DNA of 64,000 nt from Octopus bimaculoides. Taxonomy: Eukaryota. This document shows positions 1-11,680 of this stretch, in pieces (within the stretch, counting starts at the first letter, position 1; each line of letters opens with the position of its first letter). The notes beneath the pieces were generated by a model. That model did not search any database, was not told where the DNA came from, and saw nothing but the letters and a program-made list of their open reading frames with translations. The position numbers were made by a program, and so were the translations under genes. The DNA lies in NCBI RefSeq assembly GCF_001194135.2, contig NC_068988.1, positions 34,600,600 through 34,664,599 on the forward strand, given 5' to 3'.

Positions 1-119
1 ACATACATACATACATACATACATACATACATACATACATACATACATGTATATACATACAAACACAAATATTTTGTCAAAGAGGTAATGTATAGCTACT
101 TGCATTGATGCACGAGTGA

Positions 120-400
120 GTGGAGCTGGAAAAATCACCCTTCCTATTTTTCTTTTCTTATGTCCCACCCTGATATCTCATCACCATCATCTTTATCACT
201 CTTTCCAGTCCCACCCTAATTACTCATACCCACTCACTCTTGTATAATGCAAGAAGCTATATATCTCTTCTACTGAAAAATATCTGTTCTGTATCTTTTC
301 ATACCTTGACCACTCATCAGCTTGTGTAAAGCTGCCTCGTTCTCTACTGTAATTCCACACAGTTGTTAAGCTACCTTAGTCTTGTGAGGCTACACAGGCA
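120..400 (-). mobile_element. Unclassified interspersed repeat fragment, same family as 43395-44110 but inverted
   Basis: The reverse complement of ~240-345 (gaggcagctttacacaagctgatgag...gaacagatatttttcagtagaagagatatatagct) aligns by eye with ~43530-43630 (gcaggtgactttatgtttggtgttgag...gaacatgtattttgctattgaggagatacatggct). Confidence 0.55.
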
Positions 401-1269
401 GATCTCACCATGAAAAAAAGCACTGATGCCATGAAAAAAAAAGCACCCAGTGCCCTCTGTAGAGGAGTTGGCATTAAGAAGGGTACCTAGCCTTGAAGAC
501 CATAGCAAAACAGGCATTGGAGTATGATGCAGTTATCTAATTCATTAGATACTATTAAACCGTCTGATCTATGCCAATGGAAGAACACAGATGTTAAAGA
601 TGATACACATTTGCATTCATGCACGTGCGTGTGCATGCACACACACACACTCACCCACATACAGACACACACTCATACATGCATACATACACAAAAGTGA
701 AAGTATTTCATACATATTGCAGAATATAATTAGTTATTGTGTTGTGCAGCTGGTACAATATTTGTACTGGAAATTGTCCTTCTAGTTATATTTACACATT
801 CCAAATATACTTGCATACATTTATCCTTTTAGAACTTTGACATTTGACCAATATTCCTGATGTATTATAGATTAATTTTGTAAATCTAATATTATTGCAG
901 CCACCCTGCTAGGCAGTTTTGCCATTTACTTCTCAGTATTCATTTTACATGTACAAATATATTATACATGTAAAATTTTTCCCAGCAACAGTAGTATGTT
1001 CACATAGAATTCACTGAGTGCACAGAAGGTTGAACATATCAAAATAATTTTGAAATCTACATGTTATGTAATCATAAATTTTGCATAAAGTTTTCAATCT
1101 ACATATACAGGCTCATTAATAAAACACTGAATGTGACCGTTTATTACCGCAAGCTCTGAAAGTATTGCACCTGCTTCAAACGAATATATCTTACTGTATT
1201 TTCACTCTTCAATTTCATTTAAGCAATGGTTTCATATCACAAACTTGTAGAAGCAGACACACAATATTG

Positions 1270-1510
1270 ATAATAATTATTTCAAAGTTTGAGACAAGTC
1301 CAGCAATTTTAGAGGGAGGAAGCTAGTAGTTACCATCATGTTCAATACTTGAATGGTACTTTATTTTATTGGATGATGTTGATGATGATCCCTGGAGGAT
1401 GAAAGGCAGAGTTGACATCAGTGGGAATTGAATTCAGAATATGAAGGAAAGTTGGAACAAATACTGTAAAGTATTTTGTCTGACATTCTAAAGATTCTGC
1501 CATCTCACCT
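1270..1510 (-). mobile_element. Decayed tRNA-derived SINE (family with ggtgagctggcagaatc head)
   Basis: The reverse complement has the gtgagatggcagaatc head, ttctgaattcaattcc B-box-like motif, gtcaactctgcctttcatcc and aataaagtacca, as in the + copies at 19494, 21313 and 51615. Confidence 0.7.
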
Positions 1511-1720
1511 TAATAACAATAATTTCTAATTTAAGCACAAGGCCAACAATTTTTAGGGAAGTGGGTTAGTTGTCCTTAGATATTTTATCAACCCCTTATT
1601 TTAATGAAGATCATGGCAGCATTAATGAAATGAACATAGGCGTACATAATTTTCTGTGGTTTAAAGTTGATATATAGACTACAACACACACACACACACA
1701 CGCATATCTGTTTTATATGT

Positions 1721-1860
1721 ACAGGCATTGGTGCATTAAGGAGCTCACTTCACAACCATGTAATTTTGGGTTCAGTCTCAATGCATAGCACCTGCTACTG
1801 ATGCACTGGGCTGACCAATGCCTCATGAGTGAAAGTAGTAGATGGAAACTGTGAAAGCCT

Positions 1861-1906
<46 letters not shown>

Positions 1907-2100
1907 TGAGTGCATGCCTTTTTGTTTGTCCAATGCCACTGCTTGACATCTGGTTTTAGTTACTTATCCTTATAAAGTTGCAGTTTAGGAAAAAGAGACT
2001 AAGAAAATTAGTACAAGACTTAAAGCAAGAAGTAGGGATGATTTGTTTGAGGCAGTGCCCCAGCATGGTGGCAGTCTAATGACTGAAAGAAGGAACAGAC
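1721..2100 (+). mobile_element. Decayed full-length tRNA/CORE-like SINE with internal (GT)n
   Basis: Colinear with the well-preserved copy at 14830-15203: head, gatggaaactgtgaaagcc, internal microsatellite, and cagcatgg...gcagtctaatgactgaaa tail. Confidence 0.75.
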
Positions 2101-3939
2101 TTCAGGAAATTAAGAGAATAAAACACACATTTTACTTTATATACAAAATATGTGCCAAAATAGTTTTATTTGCTCTAAAGTGCACTGCCAGCAAAAAAAA
2201 TTCAGGAGCCAATAGCTTGGAGGGAATGTTGCTTGCAGCATCCCTATGTAAAGTTAGTAGTGCTGTAAGTAACCAACCACTCACTACACCATACCTGAGG
2301 AAGAAATAAAGGAAAATATTAAACGCCGATGTATTCAAATCAATACATGTTGCTCCACTTAACATACAAACTGTTGTCCTGAACACATGATGTTGGCAAC
2401 TATCCTAGTCACTTCAGGTTTTTTTCCCCCCACCTTCTTTGTCTTTATCATTTTAACATTAATTTTGTTTATTTTATTTTATTTAAATACTTCTGACATC
2501 TCTATTCTGTTTGTTTATTTTACTTCTTACCAAATTTTAAATTTAAAACCAATATCTTCTTTAAGATGGCATTTAAGTGTTGAAGAAATAGCTCTTTTTT
2601 ACCTTACTACTCTTACTACTACCACCACCACCACCACCACCACCACCACCATTCTTCTGCCTCCTCCCATTCCCCATGTCCTCATTATTCTCTTCGTTCT
2701 CTTGGAATCTCCATTAATGTACCGGCACTAATTACCATAGAAACTGATGCCAGCTAGCTAATGTGATTAATACCAGAACGTTATTATATCCAAAATATAC
2801 TTCAGAGAGAAACTGTTTGTTTGTGTACATATTTATATATGCATGCTTAATGATATGTGTGTGTGTGTGTGTGTGTAACATATCTGTGTAGCTGTGCATA
2901 TTTATATATACATTTGTATGCGTGTATGTGCATGTTGATAATTATAGTTTATTTGATTGTCTTTGTACATTTGCATTCTGATATACATACATATACATAC
3001 ACATACACAAGTATAGGTCTGTTCTGATGTACACACAGACATGCATTTCACACATAAGCAATGTAAGTTACTTGGTGTATATATTCATGTACAATTCAGG
3101 TTTCTAAGTGTAACAAAAGGTAAAAAATACATGTAGGTTTATATATAGAAGGCATGAAGAAAAAATAATCAAAAAACTCAAGTTTCATGTTTCTCTCAGT
3201 GTGTAATAAATTCTGTTAGGTATATTGATTGATTTTTTTCCTTTGTATCATATATATATATGTGTGTGTGTGAGGCCAATATATTTGTGAAAGAAATGGC
3301 ATTGTCGATTAAATTGGTGCTTATTAGTATATAACTGGTATTATTTGCTTTATTGATTACTAACCTGCTTCATCATATGCATGTAATGCAATAATCTGTA
3401 TTGGACACATTTTCAGTTGAAAACGTGGTACATATAGTTGATAACTAATTACTCTGTCTTAATGAGCATTCTGTGCTTACACAGGTGCACTCACCGATGT
3501 GAGATAATGTTAGTTAATTAACGACACATGGAAAATGTTGACATAGTTAAGCATGTTGGTAGTTGATGAGGGTAATCATCAACACTTGGTGTTTGAGTAT
3601 TCATTTAAAAAAAAAAAGATTGAGATGGGTAGATGGTGTCTACGGTCCTTTACTGGGCCTCTGAAAATGGTGGTAGGGAGGGAGAAGTTATCCTTAAGAA
3701 GAGAGTGATTAGAGTGTTGCAAAGAAGCAATGATGGAAAGAAATAGATTAGAATGAGTGCTAGTGTTTAAATTAGAAGAGGCATTGTAACTGATGTGCTA
3801 ATGGCAAGAATAAAACTCCACTGTTTCAATGCAAAACATGATGATTCCATTGTCAGTGCTCTGAGACATGAAAGAACAAAAAGATGTTCAGAAGTGATAG
3901 GGTGTAGCAGGGCAATAGAGACACATTTTAGTCTTTGAC

Positions 3940-4299
3940 ACAGCAGGGCAGGTGTATGCTACTCAATTCCAAACAGTTGTTGGTGACTTTCCAGGAGCAC
4001 TTTCCTCAATTGATTTGGATAGATAATGGAATGGAAATAATCCTGGACTTGAGTGCCCACTCTGATGGCCTACTGCAGCTCTAGGTTCTGGAGGGAAAAT
4101 GTTGTGGAGAGCTAACAACAGTAGCTGAATTACAGTTGTTGTTAAGAAGTTGTGAGAGACAAATTGTATGACTTGAATGATCTGCCCTGCAAACCTTATG
4201 TAGACATATCAGACTTTTTTGCTGGTGCTTAGGCAGATGTTTACTACTACTGACAGCAGAATAGTTGAATCCCAGGACTAATAGCTGGGTATTATTCTG
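3940..4299 (+). mobile_element. Degenerate Tx1/L1-clade LINE ORF2 remnant, 5' part (region just upstream of the RT core)
   Basis: Translation across stops and frameshifts gives QGRCMLLNSKQLLVTFQEHFPQL...DLSAHSDGLLQL, then RDKLYDLNDLPCKPYVDISDFF and *QQNS*IPG. This matches the usual KSPGLDGLPxEFY...W..G.IP segment of L1/Tx1 ORF2. Confidence 0.65.
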
Positions 4300-4671
4300 T
4301 TTTTTGGCCATTTGACTGTGGCCACGCTAGAGGGTTTTTAGTTGTAGAATTCCAGTTCAGGACTTATTCTTTGTTAGCCTAGTACTTATTCTCTCGGTCT
4401 CTTTTACTGAACTGCTAAGTTATGGGGGACATAAATGCACCAACATCAGTTGTCAAGCGATGGTTGGGGACAAACATGGGCACAAAGACACGCACATATA
4501 TATACGATTAAGTTTCTTTCAGTTTCTGTCTACCAAATCCAGTCACAAAGCTTTGGTCAACCCAAGGCTGTCATAGAAGACACTTGTACATGGTGCCATG
4601 AAGGGGGACTGAACCTGGAAGCATGTGGTTGGGAAGCAAGCTTCTTACCAAACAGCCATGCCAGCACCTAC
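4300..4671 (-). mobile_element. Full-length tRNA/CORE-like SINE inserted antisense into the LINE remnant
   Basis: Reverse complement is colinear with 14830-15203: head ggcatggctgtttggtaagaagcttgcttcccaaccacatg at the right end, tail cagtcaaatg at the left end. Confidence 0.85.
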
Positions 4672-5050
4672 TAATGAACAAGGAGGATATATTTGATATA
4701 AATTTCAACCCAGTACCTCTGCCGAATATAAGGTTTAAGATTTTGGCCAAGTTGCTATCAAAGAGGTTGATGCTTATTGTGAGTACAAGAAGTACAGTCA
4801 AAAAGACACAGCTCTGTACAGCACTGGGCAGGTTTTCTGCATGCAATAGCTCTACCTTATGCAACACATAGTGATGGTAGCTAATAAACCTGCTTTAGTG
4901 AGGCTCTGATTAATTGCGAGGAGTTTTTAGCAGAGTTGACCATCACTTCATGATGGAATCCCTTAGTCAGTTTCTGTTCTTCATTTATAGAATTGCACTG
5001 TATTGTAACTTGTAACACCGGTACCCTTGTGGCAAAATATTGATACCATC
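4672..5050 (+). mobile_element. Degenerate Tx1/L1-clade LINE reverse transcriptase remnant, continuation of 3940-4299
   Basis: ORF 4623-4871 reads DINFNPVPLPNIRFKILAKLLSKRLMLIV..TQLCTALGRFSACN, matching NFRPITLLNxDxKILAKVLAxRL...QTC.IPGRSIxDN. After a frameshift it reads SRVDHHFMMESLSQF, matching the RT motif FDRVDH. Confidence 0.8.
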
Positions 5051-6026
5051 ATTTACGCTTTGATATTATTCTTACGAAACACATTTTTCTTCAAGTTGAC
5101 TAAAAAAAGAAAAGAAAAATCTATATTTTATAATCTCTAGATTTTTATGTTTTATAGTTTTTGTTTTCATTTTATGGGCTCTACTCACCCCATACCAGTG
5201 CTTACAGAACCATTGCTCAATGAAAAAAATGATACAAAATCAATTATAATGGTGATTATTATTCTAGAGTACATTTCTCAACAATAGCCACAACATCAAA
5301 ACAATGGTAATATTAACGCACAACGTGAGTAGTAATTATGATGATGGTGGTGAAGGTGAAATTTAAAAGAATTTAAATTGATGTGCAAACATCAAACAAA
5401 AGCAGTTTTATGTTTATGTTGCCAGATGGTATGTCATGTGTTCACCCATTCATCCTCTTTCTCTCATTCTCTGTCACACACACACACATATGCACACACA
5501 TGCACTAGAATGTGACATGTATATTTTTTGATGATGTGATCACACACAAATTTATACATTGAAACCCTCCCACATACACATCTGGGTGTGGCATGTGTTT
5601 ACTTGTGTTTACATGTGTGCATATACATATAGACAAACATACACACATATATTGAAACATGTGTACAATTTGATGTGCCTAGTGCATGCATTTTTGTATT
5701 TGCTAAGTCAGAACATGCATCCACTGAATGATGCATGCAAGCACAAACATACATCTACATTGTTATACATACACACACACATAGACATGCACACATACAT
5801 ACAAATGCAGTTATATATGTGTGTATAGATGTACTTGCATCCACTCACCTTTTCTATCAGCTTTATATAGTGGCATAAATTTGATGAGGAGGGAGCCATC
5901 ATATTTTGAGCCGGCTTAGGTATGTTGAGAAACCATGTCTTACTTGCACATTTCACTTTGACAAAGTTTCCATGGCTGGATGCACTTCCTATCACCAACT
6001 GCTTTACGTGTTCCTGCATGTTGTAA

Positions 6027-6045
6027 GGGTTAGGGTTAGGGTTAG
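6027..6045 (+). repeat. Short interstitial telomere-like (TTAGGG)n tract
   Basis: gggttagggttagggttag seen directly. Confidence 0.8.
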
Positions 6046-6148
6046 CAACAGTGCCTCAGACGGCTTACTGTAACTCATGTCAGCTTGGATAAACGGATGT
6101 AAACCCTATGAGGATTTATGAGCATTTTATCCATAAATATATGTGTGC

Positions 6149-6197
<49 letters not shown>

Positions 6198-6254
6198 ATA
6201 GAATAAGCAGGTGAAATAGAATTCTGTCTGTAGAGAGTATATGCACATGCACAC

Positions 6255-6294
<40 letters not shown>

Positions 6295-7700
6295 TTATTA
6301 TTTTTGATTGGTAGAATTAAAAGAGAAAATTGTGAGTCAGATTTGGATTCAGAATTCAAAAAGTTTTGAATAAAATACAAGACATTTTCTGTTCAAAACT
6401 TTGTAACTCCAAATAAGACTGATGTACCTTTCACAAAGGTGTCAGTAATCTATACAAAAAATATTGTAATATAATCGCTTCAATCTAGTATTGAATATAA
6501 TTTGAAACTTGTGAAATGCTTTATTTTCTTTCTTCCATGTTTCTCATAATGATGGTAATTGTTTTAGTTATTTCTAATATAGGCAATAGGTCAGCATTTC
6601 GTCAGGGGTGGGTAGGGATTAGTCACTACCATCATTTCCAGTACTTGACTGATATTTCACTTTTATCAACCCTGAAAAGATGAAATACAAAATTGACCTT
6701 GGTAGGACTTGAACTCAGAACATAAAGAACTGGCATATATACCACAAAGTGTTTTTTGTTCATCTTGCACAAGGCTTGGAAATTTGAAGGAAGGATTAGT
6801 CAATTATATCAACTCTCTGTTTTTGACTAGTAAAGATGAAAGAGACAGTGAATGTCAATTGGATTTGAACTCAGGATGCAAAAAACTTGGATAAAATACT
6901 ACAAGACATTTTTCGTCCAATGCTTTCTAACTCCAAATAAGACTTGGCTTGGTTTGTAGTGACCCATCCAACCCATGCCAGTCTGGAAAGTGGATGTAAA
7001 AAGATAATGGTAATGATGAGGATGAAAAGCTTAATTAATCACAAATCCTTAATGGTAATTAAAACATAAAGATTGTCAGTAATGAAATTAATTAATGGTT
7101 AAAATGCAATCTATAATATTGTTTTCATGGTATTAAGAAGACTTAAAATTCTCTCATTCTATAATTACTTCATCAAAGTAGTTCTCTACATCGTCATCTT
7201 TGTTGTCAGCATCATAGATGTGTGGAAATGGTTGTTGTGTCATAATGTGTAGTGTAGATAAAAGAAAGGAAATAATGAATAAATGGATTATAGGAGGCAC
7301 ATTAATGTGAGTCAGGAGTTAGAAGAAGGCAAGTAAGCTTTTAATATGCAGTATGGGCAGTTGTATCATATTGTGTTACCATGGAAATGAATAGTTTGAT
7401 AAATGATATTAAGATTTAAGCTTTTCATTAAACACAAGTGTTTGCAGGGCTGGTGCTTTACTCAATTTCTCTATAATGTTAAGCAGATGAAAGATGAATT
7501 TGTCTGTGGTGATGATGGGCAGTCCAACTGTGGCTGTTTGTCCTATTGTTATTCTTTGGCTTAGTTGATGAAAAAGAAAGGAGAATGCGAAGAGCATCCA
7601 GCAATAAAAACAAGTGCTTTTGTAAGTGTATTACCTGTCCCAATATAAAATAAAAAAACAAAATATGTTACATGCATTAACATTCATTTATAGGGTTTTT

Positions 7701-7870
7701 GAGGAATGCATTTGGCCTAGTGGTTAGGGTGTTTAGTTAGTCTCATGGTCATTAGATTGTGGGTTCAATTCCTTGACTAAATAGTATGTTATATCTTTCA
7801 ACAAAACACTCAGTCTCATCTTACTTCAGCCTTCTCAACTAAAGATGAGTACTAGCCAAATGTTGATGCA
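7701..7870 (+). mobile_element. tRNA-derived SINE head plus CORE-like segment
   Basis: tggcctagtggttagggtg A-box-like motif and gggttcaattcc B-box; related copies at 10529, 53561 and 40083 (-). Confidence 0.65.
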
Positions 7871-9305
7871 GTCTTCTCTCCCTCCATCTGTTACATGCTA
7901 GATATTCTGCTGAATCAAGAGTGAGAGAATTGAGATAATATCCATGCCTACTCATGATGACAGGCATTTGAAGCAGTAAAAGCATGGTACATGCTACCAG
8001 TTCATATTGTGAGAGGGATAGAGTTTTTTTTACTTACAATAATTTATATGTTTCATGGTTACCATTTTAGGTAGACAATTTATAATTGTTGAATAATTAT
8101 TTAGTAGTCTTAGCATATGAAAACATTCATGTAAAACCTTAGTACACATATATATGTTAAAAAATGTCTTTAGTTAACAATAGAATCATTGGATATATGT
8201 TTCTAACAGGCTTGTCAGTGGTTCACTGCTTTTACCATGATATGAATATGAGAGTTTGATAATCTGGCTAGAATACACGCCATAAGCTATTTTTGTTCTA
8301 ACACATTGATTTAACATTTTCCTCATCAGTGTGTACATCTTTCACCAGAACATATCAAATTTATGTATATGTAGACAGTCTATCAAATCCTGTCAAACTG
8401 TTCAATTCATGCTACTTGGAAGATATATGTTAACAAATGATTGGATGTTGTGTACTGTCTGTGTACCTCAATAGGCACACCATGTCCTTTCATGTTTTAA
8501 GTGGTAACTAAAAAGGTTTGCAACAAGAAGGGCATCCATTAAAAAACACTTTCTCAAAACTTGTCCAATCCATGCCAACACTGAGAAGTGGATGCAATAT
8601 GAAAATGAGGATGACAGGGACAAATATTTGTTGAATTTTCATTGTAATTTTAATCTTCCAAATTTCACCCACAAGTTATTGGTCAATCTAAAGCTATAAT
8701 AACAAACAGTTTGAATTTGAAATCACTTGGTTATGGAGCAAACAGCTTAACTACGCAGCTAAGCAAAGATGTGCATGTAACTTACATGTTTTAGTGTCAA
8801 GTAATATAATAGTTTGTGAGGTATCTGTGTTAATGTAATGAGCTAGCTATATGAGCAATACCGACAAGTTTTGTGCTGAGCTAGAAATTAACAGATACAC
8901 TAACCCATAAAGAATAATCCTTATTAATGGTTTATCAATAATGTGTCCTTATTTTGTGATTTGCATGGTAGTAGTAACTATATCATTTGCTTAATGGTGT
9001 GTATTCATTATTATTATTATTATTGCAGCTTGTCATTTCTGTGTCATGGCAACCTGCATTTCCCTTTCTTTGTGTGTGTATGTATGTATATCATTATAGT
9101 TCATCATCATCATTTTAGTATCCAATTTTCCTTGCTTGCATGAATCAGTGGGAGTTTATAGAGGTAGATGCCCTTCCTGTTGCTGCCTGTGCCCATGTTA
9201 GGTAATATTTCCCCATGAGCTGAGATATTTTTCATGGAATGCTGGAAATGAACACCACTTGTATGATGGCTCATTTACAACTATCACATGGTTTCAAGGT
9301 CCGTG

Positions 9306-9424
<119 letters not shown>

Positions 9425-9425
9425 C

Positions 9426-9590
9426 AGACTTCTTTTAATTTTCATCTATCAATCAACTCACAAGGATTTGGTCAACCTGGGGTTGTAATAGAAGATGCTT
9501 GCCCAAGGTGTGGTGTGCAGTGGGACTGAACCTAAAAACACTTGGTTAGAAAGCAAGCTTCTCATCCAAACAGCCATACTTGTGCCTGCA
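9426..9590 (-). mobile_element. tRNA/CORE-like SINE 5' half
   Basis: Reverse complement of the 14830 head and core: gcttgcccaaggtg, gtgggactgaacc, aagcaagcttct..ccaaacagccat. Confidence 0.8.
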
Positions 9591-9642
9591 GCCATGAATG
9601 TACATACAGCCACACCTGTATCTATCTATCTATCTATCTATC

Positions 9643-9674
<32 letters not shown>

Positions 9675-9841
9675 CCTTTAAATTTGTTTATGGGAAACAT
9701 TTTAAATAAGAATATAACAGCTCCTATTCTATTATGTTGACTACAGCCTAATGATGCCAACTGGTGATATCAGTTATTTGTGGTCGCACCGAACTGTGCT
9801 TATATAATGTAGGATAAATATAGTAATAACAATAATATTCC

Positions 9842-9986
9842 TTATAAATATTTTAATGCATTGTTACCCGTGTTTCCACAAATCACACATTTCTTAAGAT
9901 CATGATCCATCAAGATTATGGGCTCTGATCTTTAAAAAACCTGTGTTTTATGGAACATGCATAGTAATGCATTAAAATATTTATAA
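9842..9986. mobile_element. Palindromic MITE-like element
   Basis: Perfect 21-bp inverted repeat ttataaatattttaatgcatt (9842-9862) / aatgcattaaaatatttataa (9966-9986), with further imperfect internal complementarity. Confidence 0.6.
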
Positions 9987-10044
9987 ATTCCATCTAAGGA
10001 TTATTACTGTTGTCAATGCCAGTGCCACCTGAATTACCCATGTG

Positions 10045-10200
10045 CCGGTGGCACATAATAAAGACCCACTTACACTCTTGGAGTGGTTGGCATTAGGAAG
10101 GGCATACAGCTGTAGAAACCTTACCAGATCATATTGGAGTCTGGTGCAATCCCTTGCTTGCCAGTCACTTGGTCAAACCGTCTAACCCATGCCAGCATGG
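10045..10200 (+). mobile_element. SINE-like repeat 3' part (gagtggttggcattaggaagggc family)
   Basis: Same motif family at 446-600, 46300-46450 and, inverted, at 10261-10415 and 16340-16520; ends near a (CAT)n run. Confidence 0.8.
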
Positions 10201-10260
10201 TAAGCTATGCATGTATCATCATCATCATCATCATCATCATCATTGTTTAACATCTATTTT

Positions 10261-10415
10261 CCATGCTGGTATGGGTTGGACGGTTTGACTGGAAACTGGC
10301 AAACCAAGAGGCCGCACCAGGCTCCAATCTGATCTGGCAATGTTTCTACAGCTGGATGCCCTTCTTAACACCAACCACTCTGAGAGTGTAGTGGGTGCTT
10401 TTTACGTGCCACCAG
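10261..10415 (-). mobile_element. Inverted copy of the 10045-10200 repeat
   Basis: ccatgctggtatgggttggacggtttgac...gtgccaccag is the reverse complement of the preceding arm with scattered mismatches. Confidence 0.85.
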
Positions 10416-11578
10416 TATGCATGTATATAATGTGTGTGTGTGTTTATGTAGCAGGGTGCCATATGATGATTTGTAGTGTGAGTAAATCAATATCCACACA
10501 CATGCATACATATATATATATTCATAATTGGCCTAGGGATTAAGGTGATAAGCTCATTCATTATCTTACCATCTTGAGTTTGAACTCTGGACCAGGGAGT
10601 GCATTGTGTTTTTGAACAAAGCACTTCAGTTTATATTATTCCAGTCTACTCGGATGAAATGAGTACCAGTTAGGTGATTGTACAAGCCTCTCTCCTACCA
10701 GCTGTAGCATTTTGGATGTTCCCCTGGATCATGGTTTGACATTAACTGATGGCGTATGACCTAACAGTTACAGTGACCTTCTGCATTTAATAACTTGTTT
10801 TCACTTTTGCATTGTACAGTTGAATAAGGGGCCACATTCAGGGGTAGTTTTTACTGTGTTTGCATTATAAAGCATGGCTTTACTATGTTATATATGTTTG
10901 TTTTAATGGCCACTTTTCCATACTTGCATTTTTTAGATAGAATTCATTGAGGCAGATTTTCAATGGCCAGGTGCCTTTCCTCTTGCCAACCCTCACTTTT
11001 TTTTCTAGATATGTTTTTTATGGAAGATTGTACACAAAGAACTCGACTTGTATGATGATAACACTTGTTTACACCTATCAGGCAATATCAACACAAGCAG
11101 ACAAAACACACACACACACACACACACCTGCTGGATGGTTGGTGTTAGGAGGGGCATGCAGTTGTAATAGCTGTGCCAAAACAGGCACAGAAGTCTGGTG
11201 CAGGCTACTGCCTGGTCAGCTCCTGTCAAACTGTTCAACCCATGCTAGCTTTGAAGGTGGACGTTAAACAATGATGATAATGATATATATATATGACAAA
11301 CCTGGTTCGGTTTCTGTTTTCCAAATCTGGTCCAAGGCAGATTGTGGATCCAATTCCACAGCCATGATAAAGCAACATAGTATGTTTGTGTATATTTATT
11401 TCTTGAAGGGGCACCCTTCCACTAGCACATGCCCATACAATGTGTTTAGCTGATATCAGTGAAGAAAAATATCTCCAAAGAAATATTTATTTGGTATATG
11501 TTTCTGGTGTGACATTTAAAGATATTTGTATCTAGTCAGCTAACCAGGTTATCTGCATCTGCATCTGCGTCTGTCTGT

Positions 11579-11647
<69 letters not shown>

Positions 11648-11680
11648 TGCCTGTCTGCCTGTCTGTCTGTCTGTCTGTCA
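11579..11680. repeat. (CCTG)n grading into (CTGT)n tetranucleotide repeat
   Basis: Seen directly. Confidence 0.95.
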
